NCBI GenBank assembly: GCA_963703955.1
Contig: CAVPGK010000001.1
Span: forward strand, 29,520 to 93,519
Source of the DNA: Nitrospirota bacterium
GTDB taxonomy: Bacteria; Nitrospirota; Nitrospiria; Nitrospirales; Nitrospiraceae
Direction: 5' to 3'
DNA length: 64,000 nucleotides
The notes under the pieces were generated by a model, which did no database searches, was not told where the DNA came from, and worked only from the letters and a program-made list of their open reading frames with translations. Both the position numbers and the translations under genes were made by a program. Position 1 is the stretch's first letter; every line of letters begins with the position of its first letter. Positions 30,535 through 39,520 of this stretch are shown here, in pieces.

Positions 30535-31514
30535 CGGCGCAGGCGCAACAGTCCGCCGGAGGCACACCTCGACCTTCGCCACGGGTGAGCGTCGTAATCC
30601 CGCTTTACAATTGTGAAAAACACATCGGCGAGACGATCGAAGGGGTGCTCGCGCAGACGTTTCGCGATTTTGAGATCGTCGTGGTCGATGACGGATCAAC
30701 CGACGGCTCCGCCGCCATTGCTCGGAGCTATGGCGATGCCGTTCGCTATGCGTATCAGCAGAATTCCGGGGTTTCCGCAGCCACCAATCGAGGGGTCGCG
30801 CTCGCGAGGGGCGAGCTCATTGCATTCTTGGATAACGATGATGTCTGGCTGCCTGAGAAGCTTGAACGACAGATAGCCTTCCTCCACACGCATCCTCACT
30901 GCGGTCTGGTGAACTGTGACATGCAGTACATCTCCGAGTCCGGGATCAGACTGGATCGCTATCTTCGAGGAGTCAACCCCGATGAACCCTATGTGCGTCT
31001 CTTTCAAAGGGGCTTTGTCATCATGTGCTCGGCTGTCATGATTCGGCGGTGGGTGTTTGAGCAGACGGGAGGGTTCGACGAATCCTTTGTCGCAGCCGGC
31101 CTTCAAGAAATGGAGTGGATGTCTCGCGTCGTAGATTGTGTTGAAGTCGGGTGCCTCCCGGAAACCCTGGTGCTGTATCGAGATCACGGTTCGAGAATTG
31201 CGCGTGAACCGGCGACATGGAATGAGGGGCGCTATTTAGCCCGACTATGGGAGCGGCACCACATGGACCCGGAAAAACGGCACTTTCTCGCCGGTGAACG
31301 CGTTGCGTTCCTGTCGAACCTCGGTCACAATGAGGTTCGCGCCGGTCGGGTCGTGGAGGGTCGAAAGCATTTACGCGAATCGCTCGCGCTGAGTCGGCGT
31401 CATCTGGTCAACCCGAAAATGGTCATGCGGTCGCTACTTCGATTGGCTCGCTCGTATATCAGACCTTATGTGAAGAAGGTCGGACATATTGCCCAGACTG
31501 GGAGCATGAAATGA
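30531..31514 (+). CDS. Glycosyltransferase family 2
   Basis: VSVVIPLYN, VDDGSTD and FLDNDD motifs. Confidence 0.88.
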   Translation: MTAQAQQSAGGTPRPSPRVSVVIPLYNCEKHIGETIEGVLAQTFRDFEIVVVDDGSTDGSAAIARSYGDAVRYAYQQNSGVSAATNRGVALARGELIAFLDNDDVWLPEKLERQIAFLHTHPHCGLVNCDMQYISESGIRLDRYLRGVNPDEPYVRLFQRGFVIMCSAVMIRRWVFEQTGGFDESFVAAGLQEMEWMSRVVDCVEVGCLPETLVLYRDHGSRIAREPATWNEGRYLARLWERHHMDPEKRHFLAGERVAFLSNLGHNEVRAGRVVEGRKHLRESLALSRRHLVNPKMVMRSLLRLARSYIRPYVKKVGHIAQTGSMK

Positions 31515-32362
31515 AGCCGAGTTTGGCGTCTCCCCAACGGACGCCCGAGGATCTCTATCTCGACCTCCTCAAAAAGTGTCTGACCCGTTACGAATTCGGG
31601 GAGCAGTTTGAGCTCTATGGGCCTCAAAGAGGGAGCTTGAAGCGAGCTCTGTTCCACCCTATTCGCCGCTTGCTTGCTTCTTTACAATTGGCGCTTGTCC
31701 GGAAAAAGTCCTTTGATCCACAGGCGCGTGCCGAGGGCCGTGATTGGCCGCTGGAAGCTGAGACCATGATTGGTCTGAAGCGACTCGACAATCTCCAATC
31801 CTGCATCACAGGTCTTTTGCGTCGGCAAGTGCCCGGCGATCTCATTGAAACCGGCGTCTGGCGCGGGGGCGCATCAATTTTCATGCGAGCGGTTCTCAAG
31901 GCTTATGGTGACACCGCGCGAACGGTGTGGGTTGCCGATTCATTTCAAGGTCTTCCCCCACCTGATCCCGATCGGTATCCCGCGGATGCCGGAGATCGAC
32001 TCTGGACCTTCACACAACTTGCGATTCCTCTGGAGCAGGTGAAAGCCAACTTCGCGAAGTATGGGCTCTTGGATGATCAAGTCCGTTTTCTCGTCGGGTG
32101 GTTTCGTGAGACGCTTCCACACGTTCCCGCTGACCGGTTTGCCCTTCTGCGTTTGGATGGCGATCTGTATGAGTCCACGATAGATGCGCTGCGGAATCTG
32201 TTTCCCAAGCTGTCAGTTGGGGGGTATGTCGTGGTCGATGACTATGGAGCGATCCCGGCTTGCAAGGCGGCCGTTGACGACTTCCGGGCTCAACACAACA
32301 TCACTGATAAGATCGAGCACATTGATTGGACAGGAGTATTTTGGCAGCGCTCCACACCATAA
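31511..32362 (+). CDS. TylF/MycF/NovP family sugar O-methyltransferase
   Basis: TMIG, ETGVWRGG, ADSFQGLP, GWFRETL, LRLDGDLYEST and VDDY motifs. Confidence 0.92.
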   Translation: MKPSLASPQRTPEDLYLDLLKKCLTRYEFGEQFELYGPQRGSLKRALFHPIRRLLASLQLALVRKKSFDPQARAEGRDWPLEAETMIGLKRLDNLQSCITGLLRRQVPGDLIETGVWRGGASIFMRAVLKAYGDTARTVWVADSFQGLPPPDPDRYPADAGDRLWTFTQLAIPLEQVKANFAKYGLLDDQVRFLVGWFRETLPHVPADRFALLRLDGDLYESTIDALRNLFPKLSVGGYVVVDDYGAIPACKAAVDDFRAQHNITDKIEHIDWTGVFWQRSTP

Positions 32363-32386
32363 CGTCGGTATGAACCATAGTAACGG

Positions 32387-33091
32387 ATGTCCATGAAGCC
32401 AAAAGACCTTTTCCGCCGACTCCGGTACTGGAAGCAACAGTGGATTGTGCGACAATTCGCTCAACTGTATTACGGATCGCCGCTTCGCGAAGACCTCAGC
32501 AAGGGAACCACGTGGCGAGATGGCATCACCACATGGCTGGGGGTGCCATGTGAGAAATGTCCGCTCGATCTCTGGATTTACCAGGAATTGATCGTACGTA
32601 CCAAGCCCGATGTCATCGTCGAATGTGGGGTCAACTATGGAGGGAGTACTCTCTATTATGCCTCCCTTCTGGATCTGGTAAAGCAGGGAGAAATCATCGG
32701 AATCGACATCACCTTCCGGCATGTGTATCCTCAGGTCAAAGGGCATCCTCGCGTCTCTCTGCATGAGCGGAGTTCGACCGATCCGGCTATCGTGGACCTC
32801 GTCAAACAACGCGTGTCCGGCCGGCGGACGATGGTCATCTTGGACTCCGATCACAGTTTGGCGCATGTGCGGGAAGAATTGACGTGCTACGCCGATCTCG
32901 TGACGCCGGGGTGCTATCTCGTGGTTGAGGATACGAACGTGAACGGCCATCCGGTTTTCCCGGAGCATGGAGCAGGCCCTTTTGAGGCGGTAGAGGAATT
33001 TTTGAGCACACGAAAAGATTTCATGATCGACCGGGACCAGCACAAATATCTGATGACCTTCCAGCCCAATGGCTATCTCAAACGGCTTTGA
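32387..33091 (+). CDS. CmcI (cephalosporin hydroxylase / rhamnosyl O-methyltransferase) family protein
   Basis: WLGVP..KCPLDLWIYQE, ILDSDH, VVEDT and PNGYLKR motifs. Confidence 0.9.
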   Translation: MSMKPKDLFRRLRYWKQQWIVRQFAQLYYGSPLREDLSKGTTWRDGITTWLGVPCEKCPLDLWIYQELIVRTKPDVIVECGVNYGGSTLYYASLLDLVKQGEIIGIDITFRHVYPQVKGHPRVSLHERSSTDPAIVDLVKQRVSGRRTMVILDSDHSLAHVREELTCYADLVTPGCYLVVEDTNVNGHPVFPEHGAGPFEAVEEFLSTRKDFMIDRDQHKYLMTFQPNGYLKRL

Positions 33092-34013
33092 CGGATCGTC
33101 ACATGCGACGATCATTCCCGCTGTCAGTGTCATCATTCCGCTGTACAACGCGCGCCGGGTCATTCGAGAAACAGTCGAGAGCGTGCTGCATCAGACATGG
33201 ACGGACTATGAGATCGTTGTCGTGGATGATGGATCTACGGACGGATCGTCCCAAATAATTCGGCAATTTGAGAAGAATCTTCGATATGTGCGGCAGGACA
33301 ACGGCGGTGTGGCCAAGGCGCGCAATCGTGGCATTGCTGAATCGAAAGGCCGGTATGTCGCGTTGCTGGACCATGACGACCTGTGGCATTCCACAAAACT
33401 TCAGAAGCAGGTGACGGTATTGGAGCACCGCCCTGAAGTCGGGTTGGTGGTGACCGATGTCGCCCACATTGATCGCACAGGGCGGCCCATGGAGATCGTC
33501 GGTCCGGGGTATAATCCCTCCGAGATTTTTGCCAGGCTCTTCGTGCGTGGCTACGTTCCGACGCCGTCGGCAGCGATGATTCGCCGGGCAGTCTTCGATG
33601 CGGTGGGAGGATTTGACGAGACCTTCCATTCCGCCGGCCTGGACGATCATGAATTCTGGACCCGAGTCGCCGCCCATTGCGATATCGCCAGCATCCCCGA
33701 AGCGCTGACCTTTCACCGGAATCTGACGACCAAGCCACCGCACATCGCTCTTGAGCATCGTGCCTTGCTCATCTCGACACTTATGAAACGGTTCGGGACG
33801 GATCCGAAAAAACGGCAATATCTCTTGCGGGAACATGCTTCGTATTGTGCCGACCAGGGCAAGCAACTCATCCGCAATGGGCATCGCCGGGAAGGTCGAA
33901 CACATCTGATTCACGGATTGTTCTTGAGTCTCGGTGAGGCGCGGAGTCCGAAGACGGCTTGGCGGTGCTTGTCCAGAATCGCCAAGTCCTATGTGAGGTC
34001 GGGCTCACTGTGA
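33069..34013 (+). CDS. Glycosyltransferase family 2
   Basis: VSVIIPLYN, VDDGSTD and LDHDD motifs; start uncertain. Confidence 0.87.
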   Translation: MAISNGFDGSSHATIIPAVSVIIPLYNARRVIRETVESVLHQTWTDYEIVVVDDGSTDGSSQIIRQFEKNLRYVRQDNGGVAKARNRGIAESKGRYVALLDHDDLWHSTKLQKQVTVLEHRPEVGLVVTDVAHIDRTGRPMEIVGPGYNPSEIFARLFVRGYVPTPSAAMIRRAVFDAVGGFDETFHSAGLDDHEFWTRVAAHCDIASIPEALTFHRNLTTKPPHIALEHRALLISTLMKRFGTDPKKRQYLLREHASYCADQGKQLIRNGHRREGRTHLIHGLFLSLGEARSPKTAWRCLSRIAKSYVRSGSL

Positions 34014-35671
34014 TCGAACAGGCAGACACAGGGCCAGTCAATCAGTGTCCTGTGACCGAGGCCAACGGATTCCCGTACAAGGCAGAATTGGTTCTTCCTC
34101 TGCTTGTCGCGGTATCGTGCGCGATCGGCGCCGTTGTCGCATTGGCGACGGCGTGTGATGTCGCTGTCTTCGTGTTGGGGGCTCGCCCGGCAACGAAGCT
34201 TGCCGATCCTCCACGAATCTCAAAACTCATTCTTGTATTCCTAATCTTCCTGAGCCTAGGCCTGTTTCTTGGGACAGCGGCCTGGCGCACTTGGCAGCGC
34301 GCTTCCGTGCAACGGATGATTGCTTCGACGTGGTCGATGAGTTTCACGCTTCTCTGGAGCCTGCTCGTCCTGTATGTAGTATTGCTGTATTATCCGCTCC
34401 CATACCACTCCCATCATATCGACAAGCTACTACTCGCCAGCGTCGTGATCCTTCTCTGGAGTGTCACCTTCATTCTGCGGCCCTCAATCCTCACGGCGCT
34501 TCTTAATGGGAGGATCTATGGGTGGACGAAGATGGCAGTCATCAATGTGTTGGTGTTTGTCCTGGTCGGGGAGGTCGCCCTCCGTCTCATGGACCCGGTG
34601 CTTGCCAGAAGCGGGCTCTTCGGCAACAAGCACAGCTCGGCCGATTTGAAACCGTATGTGCCCACCCTTGGCTCGATTAGGATGACGAATTCGCAGGGAT
34701 TTCGGGATCGTGAGCGCATGTTTGAACGGACCACTCAGGCCCCGCGCATGGTGGCCCTTGGGGATTCGTTCACCTACGGTGCTGGGGTTACCTATGACGA
34801 GATTTTCACTACCCTCTTAGAGCGTTCATTGCAAGAACTCGCCTCCGGGGTTGAGATCATTAACTTAGGCGTCTCGGGATGGGATCCATCCGAATATTTC
34901 CATTTGCTAAAGGTCTACGGAAGCAAATTTGAGCCTGACTTGGTCATGATGAATTTCTTTATCGGCAACGACATCATGCGTCGTCGAGGGGCGTATGTAG
35001 AAGAACCGATCGTGGTCGCGGGGCAAAGCTATTACGTTCATACCATCGGTAACTGGGTGCATGATACATTCGGCCCGGATCGCTGGTACCTGTTCCATAA
35101 CATCAACTACTTGTTGAAGGTGGGAGCCGTTCGGTTGCGGCAAACCCAGGATCTCAACGAAGGGATGAGAGAAGCCGCCGGGGTATGGGTGCCGTTCAGG
35201 TCGAGAGAAGGGTACCTCAAGGACATCGACGAGCGGAGTGAGATTTATCTGAAGGAAGATACTCCGGCATTCGGATACCACTGGAATCGCACGGTCGCGA
35301 CGCTGAATGAGATGCGGGAATTTCTTGGTGCAAGAGGGATTCCACTCATGCTCGTGTTGTTGCCCGCTCAGGAGCAACTGGATCCCGATCTGCGACGGGA
35401 GTTGATGACGGCTCTTGGTACCGGTCCGGATCACTATGATTTCACCAAACCCCAACGCCTCTTGACCGCGTGGTGTGAGCAACATGGTGTATTGGTGGTC
35501 GACCTCCTACCGGCTTTTGAGCAAGTCCTGGATCGGACAGGGTTGTATTTTCAGAATGACATCCATTGGACCAAGACGGGGCACGATCTGGCCGCACGAA
35601 CCATCCTGCCGATACTCCAACGTCAGATTGCGACCAGACATCTAGCCAGAGACGATCAGGATCGCCGCTGA
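34010..35671 (+). CDS. Membrane-anchored SGNH/GDSL hydrolase-like protein (AlgJ/AlgX-like)
   Basis: About five N-terminal TM segments; NSQGFRD, LGDSFTYG, GND and DIHWTKTGH motifs; GTG overlaps the upstream stop. Confidence 0.8.
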   Translation: MIEQADTGPVNQCPVTEANGFPYKAELVLPLLVAVSCAIGAVVALATACDVAVFVLGARPATKLADPPRISKLILVFLIFLSLGLFLGTAAWRTWQRASVQRMIASTWSMSFTLLWSLLVLYVVLLYYPLPYHSHHIDKLLLASVVILLWSVTFILRPSILTALLNGRIYGWTKMAVINVLVFVLVGEVALRLMDPVLARSGLFGNKHSSADLKPYVPTLGSIRMTNSQGFRDRERMFERTTQAPRMVALGDSFTYGAGVTYDEIFTTLLERSLQELASGVEIINLGVSGWDPSEYFHLLKVYGSKFEPDLVMMNFFIGNDIMRRRGAYVEEPIVVAGQSYYVHTIGNWVHDTFGPDRWYLFHNINYLLKVGAVRLRQTQDLNEGMREAAGVWVPFRSREGYLKDIDERSEIYLKEDTPAFGYHWNRTVATLNEMREFLGARGIPLMLVLLPAQEQLDPDLRRELMTALGTGPDHYDFTKPQRLLTAWCEQHGVLVVDLLPAFEQVLDRTGLYFQNDIHWTKTGHDLAARTILPILQRQIATRHLARDDQDRR

Positions 35672-35794
35672 AAACAAAGAGGCTAAACGGGGAATGTTGA
35701 GACAGCAAGGGCTTTCAGGTTGGGAAGCTTCGACACGGTCGCCATGTGTGATGGCGGCCGGCAAGACGAGGGGTTTTCGGGTAGTGTCGCTGCT

Positions 35795-37171
35795 ATGACC
35801 GATCTGGAGCGGGACTCCTCCTTCCTCAGGAGCCGCGGTCGGGTTGGACTAGCCGTCGTAGCAGGGCTGGCAACGGCGACCTTGTACGCCGAGGGCGTCC
35901 TGAAGAACGGCTGGATTGAGGTCCTGCTCGCGCCGGTCGTGTGGTACCTCGCTGCCTCAAGGCGAAGTGTTGTGATTCAAAACTTGCTTCTGTCCTTGAT
36001 CGCACTCTGTCTCACCGTCTCCGCCGCCGATCTTGTCCTTCGACCGCTTATGGGGAGCCGATTGCATTCGACTCCGATGAAAGTGTTCACGCGGAAACTG
36101 CCGCAGCTTCCGAGCGTGGGACGCTGGGACCCTCAGGTGGCCCTCACGGCCGAAGCCTATGGGGATCTGGCCGCCATGGCCGGAGATGCCACGCTGAGAG
36201 AGCCACGGACCATCGTGTTCCAGACGGACTCGGCGGGCTTTCGAAATACGGAGGTCGAAAGATCGATCGATCTGTTGGTGTTAGGGGATTCATTCGGAGC
36301 GGGCGGGGGGACGACCCAAGACAAGGTACTTTCTCGGGTCCTGGAAACACAGTACGGGTGGTCCACGTACAATCTGTCCTTTCCCGCTTGCGGACCCTGG
36401 CAGCAATACATCAATCTGGCTATTGAATCGCCGCGACTGACCTTCAGCCGGCATGCCACCGTGATCTGGCTGCTCTACACCGGAAATGATTTGGATGACG
36501 AGTATGGCGATACCTGGAAACTCGAAGAGCTTCTATGGGAATCCCGTTTCGGCGCCTGGCTGGTTTCGTACAAGACCTTCCGGGACCGATCGCCGCTTCA
36601 TCAACTCACGGATAACCTCTTGTGGCGAATCAAACGGTCTCGAGACATGGCGGCAAACGTAGTGAAAGAATACTTGCCGGACGACCGGCCAATGCTCTTC
36701 CTGAAAGGTCAAGAAGGGTGGGGACAGCGATCACGGGCTGAGGTGGAGCAGCATCACAATTTCCCCAAATTATTGAGGACCATGGAAGCGATGAAGCGGC
36801 TAGTCGAGGAGGAAGGCTTGAAGATCGTCATTGTCGTGCTGCCGACAAAAGGCGAGGTGTATCCTTGGGTTCTTCACCGGCGGCCTGAGCGGCCCGAAGA
36901 TGGTCATCCTTCCGGATTTTTCCAGGCGGTGCGCTCAGCCTGCGAGCGGACTCGCCTGCTCTGCTTCGATGCGAAGCCCTATTTGATGCAGGCAGCGGGC
37001 CGGCTCTGGGCATCCCGGGGTGAGTTGCTCTGGTGGCGGGACGATACCCATCTTGGCGAGCGCGGGCATGAGATCCTCGCACAGTTCATCGTCGCGCAGA
37101 TTCTGGAGAGCCCTCCTTTCTCGCTCGTGGGAGGCGCCGCGAAACTCTCTCTCCCTTCGGTCGAGCGATGA
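35795..37171 (+). CDS. SGNH hydrolase-like protein (AlgJ/AlgX-like)
   Basis: N-terminal TM segments; GFRN, LGDSF, GNDLDD and DDTHLGERGH motifs; start uncertain (35720-35795). Confidence 0.8.
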   Translation: MTDLERDSSFLRSRGRVGLAVVAGLATATLYAEGVLKNGWIEVLLAPVVWYLAASRRSVVIQNLLLSLIALCLTVSAADLVLRPLMGSRLHSTPMKVFTRKLPQLPSVGRWDPQVALTAEAYGDLAAMAGDATLREPRTIVFQTDSAGFRNTEVERSIDLLVLGDSFGAGGGTTQDKVLSRVLETQYGWSTYNLSFPACGPWQQYINLAIESPRLTFSRHATVIWLLYTGNDLDDEYGDTWKLEELLWESRFGAWLVSYKTFRDRSPLHQLTDNLLWRIKRSRDMAANVVKEYLPDDRPMLFLKGQEGWGQRSRAEVEQHHNFPKLLRTMEAMKRLVEEEGLKIVIVVLPTKGEVYPWVLHRRPERPEDGHPSGFFQAVRSACERTRLLCFDAKPYLMQAAGRLWASRGELLWWRDDTHLGERGHEILAQFIVAQILESPPFSLVGGAAKLSLPSVER

Positions 37172-38493
37172 GCATGTGGGAGACGAGTGACAAGAGCCGT
37201 TACGTGCTGGCCCTTGTGACTGTCCTAGCTACCGTCTCGCTCTATGCTGAAGGCGTTCTCAAAAACGGCCTCATCGAGGTCGCGTTGCTGGCGCCGGTCC
37301 TCTGGTTCGTCCTCGCGCCCAAGCCCTTCTTGCAGAACGTGCTCCTGGTGCTCACCGCCACGTGCCTGGCTTTGTCCGCGTCGGACGTGCTGCTCCGTCC
37401 GCTGCTGGAGCGGCGCCTCAACTATACTGCGCTCAATGTGTATTCTCATAAGTTGCCCAGGTTGCCGATCGTGGGACGGTGGGACCCGAACCTACAGTTA
37501 CGCGATACCTTATATGGCGATTTGGCCGCCATCGCCGGCGACCCCACACTCCGGGAACCTCGGGAGATTGTGTTTCAAACGGATGCTGAGGGGTTTCGAA
37601 ACACCGCGGTCTCGGCCTCGATCGATGTCATCGTGCTCGGCGATTCATTTGGAGCCGGCTGGGGCACGACACAGGAGCGGATTTTCGCGCGGCTCCTTGA
37701 AACTCGTCATGGCCGGCATGTCTATAACCTGTCATTTCCCGGCGGGCCGTATGATCAATACGTCAACTTCGCAATTGAGTCGCCCCGGCTGATGTTCACG
37801 ACAAACACCACGATCATCTGGGCATTTTATACTGGGAACGATTTGGATGATGCGGCGGGCCAGGCCTGGGAGATCGACGCGCTCCCCTGGCAATCGGCCT
37901 TCGGCGCATGGCGGGTGTCCTATCGAACATTCCGAAATCGTTCGCCTCTGAATCGACTGCTTGAGGGCCTGCGCGGCCGGCTGACAGGCGGTCCCGACGA
38001 CGTGATCCGGCGAACGCTTCCGAATGGGCAACCGTTTCTCTTTAAAGGAGGGCAGGAAGCATGGGGCGCAAGCCCACGCCGGCAGGTCGAACAGCACCCT
38101 AACTTTCCTAAGCTCGTGCGCACCATGGAAGCCATGAAACGGCTCACGGGCGAGAAGGGTCTCAACCTTGCGGTGCTCATCCTGCCGACGAAAGGCGAAG
38201 TCTACCGATGGATTCTCGACCGACGCGAGTGGAGTGTCGAGGATGGCCGATCGTCCGGCTTTGCGCAGGCTGTCCTCGCCGCCTGCGATCGCATCCAGCT
38301 CCGCTGTCTTGACAGCAAGCCATACCTGACGGAGGAGGCTCGCCGCTTGTTCGAGTCATCCGGCCAACTCCTCTGGTGGCGGGACGACACACACTTGGGA
38401 GAACCTGGCCACGCGGCGGTTGCGGACTTCATCGCTCAGCACGTGCTCCCGCCTGCTCATCATGCAGGGGCGGACAAGGGTGACAGTCAATGA
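37168..38493 (+). CDS. SGNH hydrolase-like protein, tandem paralog of the upstream gene
   Basis: Same motifs (LGDSFGAG, YTGNDLDD, WWRDDTHLGE) and colinear similarity to 35795-37171. Confidence 0.8.
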   Translation: MSMWETSDKSRYVLALVTVLATVSLYAEGVLKNGLIEVALLAPVLWFVLAPKPFLQNVLLVLTATCLALSASDVLLRPLLERRLNYTALNVYSHKLPRLPIVGRWDPNLQLRDTLYGDLAAIAGDPTLREPREIVFQTDAEGFRNTAVSASIDVIVLGDSFGAGWGTTQERIFARLLETRHGRHVYNLSFPGGPYDQYVNFAIESPRLMFTTNTTIIWAFYTGNDLDDAAGQAWEIDALPWQSAFGAWRVSYRTFRNRSPLNRLLEGLRGRLTGGPDDVIRRTLPNGQPFLFKGGQEAWGASPRRQVEQHPNFPKLVRTMEAMKRLTGEKGLNLAVLILPTKGEVYRWILDRREWSVEDGRSSGFAQAVLAACDRIQLRCLDSKPYLTEEARRLFESSGQLLWWRDDTHLGEPGHAAVADFIAQHVLPPAHHAGADKGDSQ

Positions 38494-38510
38494 GAGGGAC
38501 TGTGGCCGAG

Positions 38511-39416
38511 TTATACGGGGGAGATTTCGGCTGACCGGGGGTTCTGCAGATAGCTGCCCAACAGCCTCAAGACGGCCTTATGGTTGAACGGACCATGTTT
38601 CAACGATGTCCAAAACGCGCGGCGCGCTTCTTCCCTCCTCCCGCTCTGCCAGTGGTGTTTTCCCAAATCCCCGTAGTAATGAGCCCAATCGCGAGCCAGC
38701 GCGCGGGCTTCCGGCGTGCCGGGCTGACATCCAGGGCCGTGCTTCTCAAGAAAGCGCCATCGCCCCAACAGAGCACGCTCTGAAGGGATCTCGCGCGAGG
38801 CATTATGCCCATAGAGCCGGTGTCGGTACAGGGGTTTGGGAAGATGAACGATGCGAAAGCGTGGATAAAGCCGGATGGCAAGGTCGATGTCCTCCCAGAT
38901 GAAAAGTTGCTCATCATATCCCCCCACGGCGTCAAAACAACCTTTCCGTAAGAGCGAACCGGAGGTGGCGGTATCATGGCCTCCGCGCAAGAGTTGCGTG
39001 ATGCTCGCGGTGTGTTTCATCGCGCCGTCGTATTCCAGGACTTCGTTCCGTTCGTTGACCTGAAACCCGTCGCTGTGGATAATGGCCGCATCCGGATGGC
39101 GTTCCAGGGCGGCATTCATCTCCTCGAGGAAGGTCGGCTCCCAGAGATCGTCTTGATCCAAGAACGCCAGACAGGTCCCTGTCCCCAACCGCGCGCCGTC
39201 ATTGCGCGCCGCTGACTGGCCACCATTATCCGCCCGTCGGATGTAACGAGCCTGAGGGTAGCTCAACACCAAGCGGGCGGTCTCGTCGGAGGAGGCATCG
39301 TCCACGACGATCAATTCGAAGTTTCGAAAGCTCTGACCGAGGACGCTGGTGATAGCTTGCTCAAGGTATCGTGACACTCCGTTGTAGGCGGGAATAACGG
39401 TGGTGATGACGGGCAT
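38511..39416 (-). CDS. Glycosyltransferase family 2, inverted relative to the cluster
   Basis: VIPAYN, VVDDASSD, FLDQDD and EDIDL motifs. Confidence 0.88.
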   Translation of the reverse strand: MPVITTVIPAYNGVSRYLEQAITSVLGQSFRNFELIVVDDASSDETARLVLSYPQARYIRRADNGGQSAARNDGARLGTGTCLAFLDQDDLWEPTFLEEMNAALERHPDAAIIHSDGFQVNERNEVLEYDGAMKHTASITQLLRGGHDTATSGSLLRKGCFDAVGGYDEQLFIWEDIDLAIRLYPRFRIVHLPKPLYRHRLYGHNASREIPSERALLGRWRFLEKHGPGCQPGTPEARALARDWAHYYGDLGKHHWQSGRREEARRAFWTSLKHGPFNHKAVLRLLGSYLQNPRSAEISPV

Positions 39417-39520
39417 GAGAGCGTTCCTGTTCGCGATGGCTCTTTATCATATCACAGGGATGGGAGAGGCAACCCCTTCCCGAGCAGGAACGGCGAGGGC
39501 ATCGGCTACTTAGTACTTAG

